In this document: positions 20,463-29,200 of the stretch, in pieces
Layout of the letters: each line of letters begins with the position of its first letter
Numbering within the stretch: the stretch's first letter is position 1
From: Candidatus Latescibacterota bacterium
GTDB lineage: Bacteria > Latescibacterota > UBA2968 > GCA-2709665
Assembly (NCBI GenBank): GCA_965219995.1
Contig: CBDCOX010000002.1
Span: 3,104,001 to 3,168,000, forward strand
Direction: 5' to 3'
DNA length: 64,000 nt
Notes under the pieces: generated by a model
Seen by the model: only the letters and a program-made list of their open reading frames with translations
The model's database searches: none
Told to the model about the DNA's origin: nothing
Made by a program: the position numbers and the translations under genes

Positions 20463-21509
20463 TCAGCCATACAGCTGCTGCACGAATTCCTGGTACCCGT
20501 TATACAGAAGCGTGGGCCGCACGAGCGGCTTGGACGCGTCGGTTGTGATGAACCGTTCCGTGGCCTGCGACCAGCGCGGATGCGGCACGTGCGGCTCCAC
20601 GTTGGCCAGGAACCCGTATTCCCTGGGCACGAGCTCGTTCCAGAACGTGGGCGGCTGCTCGGCCACGAACTCGATGGATACGATCGATTTCGCACTCTTG
20701 AACCCGTACTTCCACGGGATCACGAGCCGCACCGGGGCGCCGTGCTGCTTCGGCAGTTCGTGGCCGTAGATGCCCGTGGCGACGAACGTGAGCTCGTTCA
20801 TCGCTTCATCGATTCTGAGCCCCTCCTGGTAGGGCCACGGCCACTGCGGGTTGTCGAACTGACCGGGCGCCTGGTCCGGGTTGATGAACGTGTTGAACTT
20901 GACGTGGGTGGCGCCGGCCTGCGGCTCCACGGCGTCGATCAGCGCCTTCATCGGGAATCCCGTCCAGGGGATGGCCATGGACCACGCCTCGACGCAGCGC
21001 AGCCGGTAGAGCCGCTCTTCGAGCTGGAATCTGCGGTGCAGCGCGTCGTAATCCAGCGTGAGCGGATTGCCGACCAAGCCCTTGACCTCCAGCGTCCAGG
21101 GATTGATCACGAACTTTTCGGCCTTTTCGAGGACCCCGGTCTTTCCGCGGCTGAACTCGTAAAAGTTGTTGTAGCCCCCGGCGATCTCCTCATTCGTCAG
21201 GTTGCGGTCCAGTTCCGAAAATTTCGGATTCGTCTGCGCCGGGTACGCGGGCTTTATCTCTTCCTCCTCTTCCTCTTCTTCTTCCTCCTCTTCCTCTTCC
21301 TCTTCCTTGTCCGTATCCGCGTCCGTGGTGGGCGTTTCCGGCTCGAACGGCTCGAACACCCGCTCGCTCCCGCACCCCACCAGCATGCCCGCCGCACCCA
21401 CCGCGCCGGCTGTCTTCAGGAATTTTCGCCGGTCTACGTACACGTCCTCGGACGTGGCCTCGCTCTCCGGCATTTCCCATCCCCTGGGGACAATGATATT
21501 GGCCATCAT
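20463..21509 (-). CDS. msrP: Protein-methionine-sulfoxide reductase catalytic subunit MsrP (Tat lipoprotein)
   Basis: DRRKFLK Tat signal and LVGC lipobox; YNNFYEF, RLRCVEAWS, HGAPVRLVIPWKYGFKSAKSI, HPRWSQATE; 16-Glu linker. Confidence 0.92.
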   Translation of the reverse strand: MMANIIVPRGWEMPESEATSEDVYVDRRKFLKTAGAVGAAGMLVGCGSERVFEPFEPETPTTDADTDKEEEEEEEEEEEEEEEEIKPAYPAQTNPKFSELDRNLTNEEIAGGYNNFYEFSRGKTGVLEKAEKFVINPWTLEVKGLVGNPLTLDYDALHRRFQLEERLYRLRCVEAWSMAIPWTGFPMKALIDAVEPQAGATHVKFNTFINPDQAPGQFDNPQWPWPYQEGLRIDEAMNELTFVATGIYGHELPKQHGAPVRLVIPWKYGFKSAKSIVSIEFVAEQPPTFWNELVPREYGFLANVEPHVPHPRWSQATERFITTDASKPLVRPTLLYNGYQEFVQQLYG

Positions 21510-21528
21510 TTCACTCCTCGTTATGTCG

Positions 21529-22356
21529 TCAACGTTTCAGGGCGACGCCGATGAAGAAGGTGTTGCCCGCCGTGGTGTTGCATCCCGATGCGACGTGGAT
21601 CAGGTCCAGGCTCACCTCCACCGCAGGATTCACCCTGTAGATGATTCCCGGGGAAATCTTGAGGATGTTCTGGTCGCCGATGAGACCCACCTCATCCCCC
21701 GGGTCGCAGTTGCCGAACGTCCGGATCCCGGAAACGAACCCCTTGATCAGGATCCGATCGTAGGTCATCCCGGCTTCCAGCGTGTAGAACCATTCGTTGC
21801 TGAACGTTCCCCCACGCAGCCGATACCCCACCTCCCCCGTAACGTACCCCGGCAGCGGGTACAGGGACTTTCCGAGCAGGAGACGCGCGTCCCCATCGAT
21901 CTTTCTCGTGCTCAACGGTACCCGGGTGTTCTCATCCTCTTCGTACCACGTGGGGATCTTTCCGCCCGCCGCGACGGAGGCCACGAAATCCCGGTCCCAC
22001 AGGAGACGGCGCATCCGCACCTCCACGTCTCCGAACCCCCACCGCCTCTCCAGCGCCGTGCCCGTCTGGAACGTGCGCGTATCCTTCATGCTCTTATAGG
22101 GCGCCGACGCCACGAACGTGAGCCCGCCTGCGATTCCGTACTCCACATAGGCCGTACAGTTTACGTCGCGCAACCTCCCCTCCCCGTCCTTATCCACCTT
22201 GTCCCCGGCCGCGTCGATATCCTTCGTCGTATTCAGATAGCCGCCGGACAGCTTCACATAATAGCCGCCCTTCTTCTGCGTCCACGCCCCCGCGAAGGCC
22301 TGTGAGGCGATCAGCAGCAAAAGAACACAACCCCCCCCGAGGACTCGCCATCTCAT
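21529..22356 (-). CDS. Exported hypothetical protein, probable outer-membrane beta-barrel
   Basis: Signal peptide AFA-GAW; alternating aromatic strands (YVEYGI, YTLEAG, FFIGVAL). Confidence 0.6.
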   Translation of the reverse strand: MRWRVLGGGCVLLLLIASQAFAGAWTQKKGGYYVKLSGGYLNTTKDIDAAGDKVDKDGEGRLRDVNCTAYVEYGIAGGLTFVASAPYKSMKDTRTFQTGTALERRWGFGDVEVRMRRLLWDRDFVASVAAGGKIPTWYEEDENTRVPLSTRKIDGDARLLLGKSLYPLPGYVTGEVGYRLRGGTFSNEWFYTLEAGMTYDRILIKGFVSGIRTFGNCDPGDEVGLIGDQNILKISPGIIYRVNPAVEVSLDLIHVASGCNTTAGNTFFIGVALKR

Positions 22357-22528
22357 TTCAAGTTTCTCCTTCCCTCTTCCAGTATTGACCGGTGAATCCC
22401 AACCCCCTTTTCACGATCCCCTCCGTTTACTTTAACGAACAGGACCGGGTTCCGTTCCGTAGAACGTGTAATGTTCTCGCAAGAGTTTCCGTCACATTTC
22501 TCGCTCCCGCCTCGAATCGGCGGCACCC

Positions 22529-22562
22529 AAAAAAAACCGGGGCGGAGGCTGTCCCGGTTTTC
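22529..22562 (-). terminator. Intrinsic terminator
   Basis: Minus strand reads CCGGG...CCCGG followed by a T-run. Confidence 0.55.
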
Positions 22563-22588
22563 GTGGCTACGTTAGAAACTGAGTAGAT

Positions 22589-22807
22589 TCAATCCTGATA
22601 TCCGTTGTTGAGGAAAGGCGGATCTTCCTTGAACCCCTGACTCCCTTTCGCTTTCTCTTCTGAAATCCATTTCCTGATCAACTCGTCACGTTCCTTCCGG
22701 CCTTCCGCCCGGCCTTCTGCCCGGGCTTCCGTCCAGGTTGCTACACGGCCCAGACGGACTCCCCTTTTGAGGTTCCAGTGCTTAACGGCTTCTTGAATGG
22801 GGCCCAT
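22589..22807 (-). CDS. Small protein resembling the (R/L)xEG-repeat C-terminal tail of Rpn-family proteins
   Basis: RAEGRAEGRKERDELIRKW; AGGAGG RBS; 3' part duplicated in the next ORF. Confidence 0.55.
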   Translation of the reverse strand: MGPIQEAVKHWNLKRGVRLGRVATWTEARAEGRAEGRKERDELIRKWISEEKAKGSQGFKEDPPFLNNGYQD

Positions 22808-22937
22808 AGGATTTTTCGCCTCCTGCGGGAAACCGGAGATATCAGCTTCTTACCGTGTGGCTTCTGCCTGCCCACCGCGCTCCGCCTGGCGCAGGCAGGG
22901 CTGAGCAAAGCAAAGCCTGGTCAATGACCGCGTGTAT

Positions 22938-23348
22938 TCAATCCTCATATCCGTTGTTGAGGAAAGGCGGATCTTCCTTGAACCCTTGACTCCCCTTTGC
23001 TTTCTCTTCCGAAAGCCATTTCCTGATCAACTCGTCCCGTTCTTTCCGGCCTTCCTTTCGGCCTTCTTCCAGGCCTTCTTCCCGGCCGCGTCGAAGTCCC
23101 CTCTCCAGGTTCCATTTTTTGACCGATTCGTGTATGCCCAACATAAGGTCCTTCACCTCCAATAAAACGAATGAAGACGTCACTGCGAAAAGCCCAAGCG
23201 CCCCCACGTCCGCCACAATGGAAAAATTCCATTGAAATTCATAAGATCCCGTGAACCGAAGGAATACGCCGCCAATGAAGAAGACAACGAACAGAAAGGA
23301 AAATATGCCCCTATCCGTAACACTCCAAACAGACTTTCTGTGATCCAT
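22938..23348 (-). CDS. Small membrane protein with an Rpn-like EG-repeat tail
   Basis: Two hydrophobic segments, then RGREEGLEEGRKEGRKERDELIRKW. Confidence 0.55.
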   Translation of the reverse strand: MDHRKSVWSVTDRGIFSFLFVVFFIGGVFLRFTGSYEFQWNFSIVADVGALGLFAVTSSFVLLEVKDLMLGIHESVKKWNLERGLRRGREEGLEEGRKEGRKERDELIRKWLSEEKAKGSQGFKEDPPFLNNGYED

Positions 23349-23606
23349 TCGACCAATTTTCTATTTGAGACCACGAGGATAGGATCAGCAGCCGGGCCAG
23401 ATCGTTTCAGACCGGAAATAACGGTAAGCTGGAGATTCTTCGGGGCGCAATTTGTGAACCACTGGATACAATATATCCATTCCATCCCGGATCGTCAAGA
23501 GACGGGAAATGAGAAGGAAAAAGGAAGAACAAAAACCGGTTGGTCCTCGTGCGGTTTTTCCGTCGTGTCCCGACAGGGCGCCTGACGGCGGACACTGAGA
23601 AGCTAC

Positions 23607-24155
23607 TTAAAATACTTCGTCAATGTTCAACTTAAAACCGTGCAAAGTAGCCGAAGTCAACGTCTCTCCTTTACCGTAGACGTCCGCAACCACCAATCCT
23701 CGTTTACCAGGCAGCAGGGCCGTGATTGATTCTTCTTCAGTGTCCACCATCCAGTACTCTCCCACGCCGTGCCTGCCATAAAGTACCCGCTTGAATGTCG
23801 TGTCGCGTGTGGCCGTGGACGCAGAAAGGATTTCGACGATCAGGTCCGGCGCTCCCTGCACGTTTTCGGGGGTGATGATACTGCGGCGTTCGTTGGAGAC
23901 AAAGAGCAGTTCGGGTTGCACCACGTCCAGGTCCGACAACACCACGTCGAAGGGAGCGTGATAGACTCGACCCAGGTTGTTCTCAGACGCAAACTGAAAC
24001 AGTTTCGATCCCAGCAGGATGGAAACGCTCTGGTGAAGTTCCCCAGGCGCAGGCGTCATGGCCAACTCTCCGTCAAGCAGTTCATACCGCTTGTCTTCCG
24101 GTGTGTTCCGGTAGTCTTCGTAGGTAAACTTGACCGTTGGATTCGGGATCGCCAT
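23607..24155 (-). CDS. Uma2 (DUF820) family endonuclease
   Basis: FTYEDY, RYELLDGEL, HQ, APDLIVEILS, GVGEYWMVD. Confidence 0.9.
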   Translation of the reverse strand: MAIPNPTVKFTYEDYRNTPEDKRYELLDGELAMTPAPGELHQSVSILLGSKLFQFASENNLGRVYHAPFDVVLSDLDVVQPELLFVSNERRSIITPENVQGAPDLIVEILSASTATRDTTFKRVLYGRHGVGEYWMVDTEEESITALLPGKRGLVVADVYGKGETLTSATLHGFKLNIDEVF

Positions 24156-24354
24156 GGTTGCCGCCCTTTCTCCGGAGACGGTTTTCGTGCGTGACACTGG
24201 AATCAGCAACGCGGGACCTCACGTGGTCCGCACAGGTTCCTTGCCAGCTCAGGAGCCGCAACCGAAGCAACCGACGCCGGCTAACGCGTCCTCCTCTTGC
24301 CAATGACTCTATACAAAATATCCATCGCATTGCATTTCGTCAAGCCTGAACGGT

Positions 24355-24600
24355 CGAAGAAGGAAGAATTAAGAATTAAGAATGAAAACCCGAAGGCGGT
24401 GAGACGTGAGACGGTAGTTAAAGGCGGTGAGACGGGAGAGGGTAGACGGTAGACGATGACGTTACCACAGTGTTTTCACGGTAACCGTGCCTGTTTCTTT
24501 GCTGATATGGTAACAAAGAGAAAAACCGTCGGGCACTCATATCATCTCCCGTCTAACGTCTTACGTCTCACCCGGGGTAGGGGCCGGGGGTGGTTGGGAG
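24355..24600. repeat. GAATTAA repeats plus heptamer-armed repeat with module A (reversed)
   Basis: agaattaagaattaagaatg; ggcggtgagacg..; catctcccgtctaacgtcttacgtctcacc. Confidence 0.8.
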
Positions 24601-24618
24601 GGAGCTTCTGCAGCGAAC

Positions 24619-24653
24619 AAAAAACCGCCGGACGCGGGGTCCGGCGGATTTTT
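24619..24653 (-). terminator. Intrinsic terminator of the surface-protein operon
   Basis: AAAAAA-CCGCCGGAC-gcggg-GTCCGGCGG-ATTTTT. Confidence 0.8.
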
Positions 24654-24673
24654 CGTTCCATATGCGACTGCGA

Positions 24674-26152
24674 TTACTTGAGCAGCAGCATCTTCTGGGA
24701 CAGCGTGGACGTTCCGGCGTCGACCTTGGCGATGTAGACACCGCTCGCAACGCCGCGTCCCTGGTTGTCCCTGGCGTCCCACTGGATCGAGTAGCGACCC
24801 GCGGAGGTGACCTGGGAAACCAGATGCCGCACCTGCTGGCCCAGCACGTCGTAGATCACGACGGTAACCGGCCCCGCTTCGGGCAGGTCGTAGGAAATCG
24901 TGGTGCTCGGGTTGAAGGGGTTCGGATACACGTTGACCGCAAACTCCGTGGGCAACGGCATCCGGGCGCCCAGCAGCACCTCGATCACGTTCGACTGCGC
25001 GATCGAGCCGTCCAGGTCCACCTGCTCGAGCCGGTAGTACACCTTGTCCACGCCCGGCAGGTCCTTGTCTTCAAAGCTGTAATTCATCAGGGCGTCCGAG
25101 GTTCCCGCGCCCTGCACGAAGTTGCCGACCGCCTCGAAATTTTCGCCGTCCACGCTGCGGGTGATCCGCCAGCCCGCGTTGTTCGTCTGCGAGACCGTGG
25201 ACCAGTTCAAAACCACGCGGTCCGTCTGCAGCGCGCCGTCGAAGGAGGCCAGTTCGGCCGGGTTCAACTGCGTGAAGGTAAACGTTGCCGGCGCCGTATC
25301 GTCGCCGTTCACGGTGGCTTTCACGGTCACCTGCAGGCTTCCGCCCGTGACTTTCAGGACGATCTTGTCGGCCGAGACCATCATATGGTCATCGAGCTCC
25401 AACATCATCCCGTCCACGTCCAGAACGCTCAAGGAGCCGTCGCCCGTTGTGGTGACGGTGTAGGAAATGGTCGCATCGTCCGGGAGGTTGTCCAGCCCGA
25501 CGGTCACGGATGCGCTGCCGCCCATGGCGGGAATCTGAACCATATTCCCGGCCATCAGATCATCGCCCATGCCCATGATGGTAGGGCCCTTGGGCGCCTC
25601 TACCGTTATGATGGCTTCGGACACGTCCAGGCTGTCCTGCTCAAAGCTCGCCGTGCCGATGATGGCGTGCTTGGCGTAGAAGGACGCGCCGTCCGCGATA
25701 TCGGCCTTGGCCATGATCTTCACGGTGGCAAAGTAGCCATTGTCCCCGATTGTGACAGGCGTAAGCCCGCCCAGCGTGAACGAGTCGTCCTGAATGCCGC
25801 CCGCGCCGAGTACGGAAACGATGCCGTCGACACCGATGACCTGCCAAGAGTCGTCGAACATCATGTCCATATTGCTGTCGGAGAATTTGACGGTGCCGCC
25901 AATGATGGCGTTGCCGCCGCCTTCTTCAATAAACAGTTCCACTTTGATCGTGTCGCCCGCCATGGACATCGAAGGCGCGATGGTATTCACGCCCTCGTTG
26001 ACCTTGTCGTCGTTGTCTTCAACCATATTGAACACGGTATCGACCAGCAGCTTCTTGTCCTTCAGGGCGCCCGCATCGACGCCACCGACGATGACGGCCA
26101 CAAGAAAAGCGGCAACCGTAACAAAGCCCAAAATCGGTTTAACTCTATACAT
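24674..26152 (-). CDS. Secreted acidic protein with a cohesin-like domain and a FlgD-Ig/T9SS-like C-terminal domain
   Basis: Signal peptide from MYRVKP with an AAGGAG RBS; GDTIKVELFI...GGTVKF; ends YPNPFNP...SGVYIAKV...KMLLLK. Confidence 0.75.
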   Translation of the reverse strand: MYRVKPILGFVTVAAFLVAVIVGGVDAGALKDKKLLVDTVFNMVEDNDDKVNEGVNTIAPSMSMAGDTIKVELFIEEGGGNAIIGGTVKFSDSNMDMMFDDSWQVIGVDGIVSVLGAGGIQDDSFTLGGLTPVTIGDNGYFATVKIMAKADIADGASFYAKHAIIGTASFEQDSLDVSEAIITVEAPKGPTIMGMGDDLMAGNMVQIPAMGGSASVTVGLDNLPDDATISYTVTTTGDGSLSVLDVDGMMLELDDHMMVSADKIVLKVTGGSLQVTVKATVNGDDTAPATFTFTQLNPAELASFDGALQTDRVVLNWSTVSQTNNAGWRITRSVDGENFEAVGNFVQGAGTSDALMNYSFEDKDLPGVDKVYYRLEQVDLDGSIAQSNVIEVLLGARMPLPTEFAVNVYPNPFNPSTTISYDLPEAGPVTVVIYDVLGQQVRHLVSQVTSAGRYSIQWDARDNQGRGVASGVYIAKVDAGTSTLSQKMLLLK

Positions 26153-26226
26153 CTCGCCTCTCCTTCTCGGTGTGTGGTGTGTTTCGCTCCAGAATTCCAT
26201 GCTCGCTCCAGTAACGAAAACTTAAA

Positions 26227-26254
26227 TATGGGAGGCTCCCGGAGGAACCTCCCA
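26227..26254. terminator. Intergenic stem-loop (attenuating or stabilising)
   Basis: TATGGGAGG...CCTCCCATA just after the stop of the large surface-protein gene. Confidence 0.5.
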
Positions 26255-26267
26255 TACGCTTCCTGCA

Positions 26268-29200
26268 TTACTTGAGCAACATCAACCGCTTGGCATCCTG
26301 GAACTTACCGGCAACCGAGACCTGATAGAAGTAAATTCCACTCGAAACCGATACTCCGCGGTCGTCCATTCCGCTCCACTGCACCGTGTACCGTCCGGGC
26401 GCCTGGCGCTCGCGCACCAGCGTCCGAACCTCCTGGCCCAGCAGGTTGTAGATGCGAAGCACCACGTCCCCGCCTTCAGCCAGGTCGTACGGAATGTTGG
26501 TCTGCGGGTTGAACGGGTTCGGGAAGTTCTGATGCAGCGCGAACTCGGTGGGTGTGCTCTGCACGTCCAGCGCGCCCAGCGTCACCACCGGGTTCTGCAG
26601 CTTGTCGGGATCGAACACCACGCCCTGCGCGATCTCAAACCGGGCGTTGTCCTCGAACTCCCTCAGAACCTTGAACGTGAAGGTCACCAACTCACCTCCG
26701 CCGCTCACGGAACCCGACTCGACAATGGCGTTGACCACCGAGACCCGGCCCTCTTCCGGCCAGTTCTTGAACAGCGGCGTCTCGCCACCTTCGGACTGCA
26801 GGAGATCGTTGTCGGCAGGCGCGGCGCTGACGAATTCGAACTTGTCGGCGTCATACACCAGTTCCAGACCGAAGCCGTTCAACTGCCTGGCGTTGGCCAT
26901 GGAAACCGTCAACGTAACCGTCTCGCCAACCAGCACCTTGTCGCTGGTCAGTTCGAGGGTCATCTCCGTATCGGCGTTCACGCCCGGACGCTGCGGAACC
27001 ACCGCCAGCTTGCTGCCTGCCGGCACCACCGCCGTGCGGCCGAACGACGCTGCGGCCGTTACGTAGTCGGAAAAGTCCACCGTGCCGTCGTCATCGACGT
27101 CGGCCTGCGGATTGTAGTTGGCATCGCCCTTCTGGCTGTTGAAGGCTGCCGCGAAGGCGACAAAGTCTTCGAAGTCCACCTCGAGGTTTCCGCCCTGCGA
27201 CGGAAGCACCATAAGGTAGACGGGATCGCCGTTGGCGTCCACGAAGGACAGCCGGATCGCGATGTCCGCGACCGTGATCAGGTCGCTCATCGCCACGTTG
27301 TTGTCGTCATACGCGTCGATCCGGTAGACCAGCGTGGTGACGCCGTCAGGCAGGTCGTCGTCGGTGAACTGGGTGGAACCCGGGGCGAGCGAAGCAACCT
27401 TCTCGAGGTCGTCGGCAGACGTGCCTCGCTGCACCGCGTAGCCCTTCACACCCATGATTGGAATGTTATAGCCGCGATACGGAATGGAGCCTACCACGCC
27501 GTCGTTGGCCGAAGCCGTCCAGCGCAGCACCACACCGCCGGCGCCATCGCCGGAAGCGTCGGTAACCGCGGCCGGAGCGATGTTGTCAACGGCTGCAACC
27601 GGCTCCTCCGTGACCGTGCGAGCGGACGACAGGAAACTGCCCGCGTGGGCCGTCCGGATGTTCGACGGAACCGCCGCGCTGCCGATCAGTGCGCTCAGGT
27701 CCGGATTCACCGGCGCGAAGACCACACCCTTCTGATCGCCGATGAGGGACTTGACGTAGTCTTCAGGCGCGTTGAACTGATTGCTCAGCTCTTCGTCCGT
27801 CAGAAGCTCCGCCTCGGGCGCCATACCCAGCAACTGCAGCGTCTGCTGGATGCTCTCCTTCGTGAACACGCGCTTGCTGGCCGTGGTCTGCTCGGATTCG
27901 CCGGCGGCGGTGACCGCCGTCACGCCCCAATTGGTGGCTACGTTGTCGATCGCGGGAACGATCACGGTCTGCATGTCGCCTTCCGCGTCGCCCATGTTGT
28001 CACCCGCGTCCGCCTCGAAGCTGACACTCGTCCAGGCGACCCACTTCTTCACGGGCTCTTCGAGCTCGATCACGTTACCTTCGTCATCCATACCCGTGGT
28101 CGAGTCGATTTCCCGGGAAATCTGGTAGGCCGACACGGCTTCGTGCTGCGACGAGTTCGGGAAGCTGACGACCACGACACCGCCCTGGTCGCCCTCTCCG
28201 TCCGCGCCCATGTAATCCTGCACAACCACGTTCGCTACCGCGGCAGGCGCGCCCGGATCCGGTCCGTCGCCGTCTTCGGATACGATGTTGACGGTTACGG
28301 CGCCCGTGACGGCTGCTGTCTTGTCGTCATCGGTGCCCTGTGCAGCGCCGGTTGTGTATGTATCAACCGACCTGACGCTGATCGACGCCGTGCCGCCGGC
28401 GTCGCTGGCCACCGCGCCGTACGTGGACCCGTCGGTGCTGGTCACCATCTGCTGACCGGACGGCACCGAAACGGCGGCGTTGCTCGAAGCGAAGGTGAAT
28501 GCAACCGACGTGTACGTCTTCGCCCCAGCGGCATTCTCGATCTTCAAACTGGGGTTGCCGAAGGCGTCGGCCGGCGCCACGTGGACCGAAAAGGCCCCTG
28601 CGACGTTGTCCGTTGAGATCTCACCCTCGATCGCCGTAACGTTGAACTTCGAAAACTCCGCGACCTCGATGTTGATCGCCTTGGCCGCCTGCCCGCTGAT
28701 ACGCAGCGTGTAGGCGCCGGTGGACGGGTCGATACTGCCCTCGGCCGCCATCACGGTGATTCCCGTCAACGGCTTCGTCGATTTGAACTTGACGGTGCGG
28801 CTGCCCGCGTGCCAGCCGTCGCCGTCCAGAATGGCGGCCTTCGCCACCATGCCAGCGGCGGCCAACTCGGCCGGAAGCGCGAACGTGGGCGCCGGAGCCA
28901 CGCCGGTGCCGCTGAAGGTCACGCCTTCGAGCGCGCCGGCCTGAGAGCCGGAAACGATTACGGCCACTGCCGACGGCGTGTGATAGGTTACCGCCCGAAC
29001 GTCGCCGGCGGCGCTATCCTGTTCCTTTTCCATACGCGTCAGCGTTGTATCGATGACCGTCATCGCCAGCGAGACGTCTACGCCGGCAACCTGCTTCTCG
29101 TCCGGCGTCGCCGCAATCTTGAACAAATCGGCGTCCGGATTCGTAAACACGTCTTTGAACGTGAGCGTACCGCCATCCGTCACGCTGGCGTTGCTCGCGA

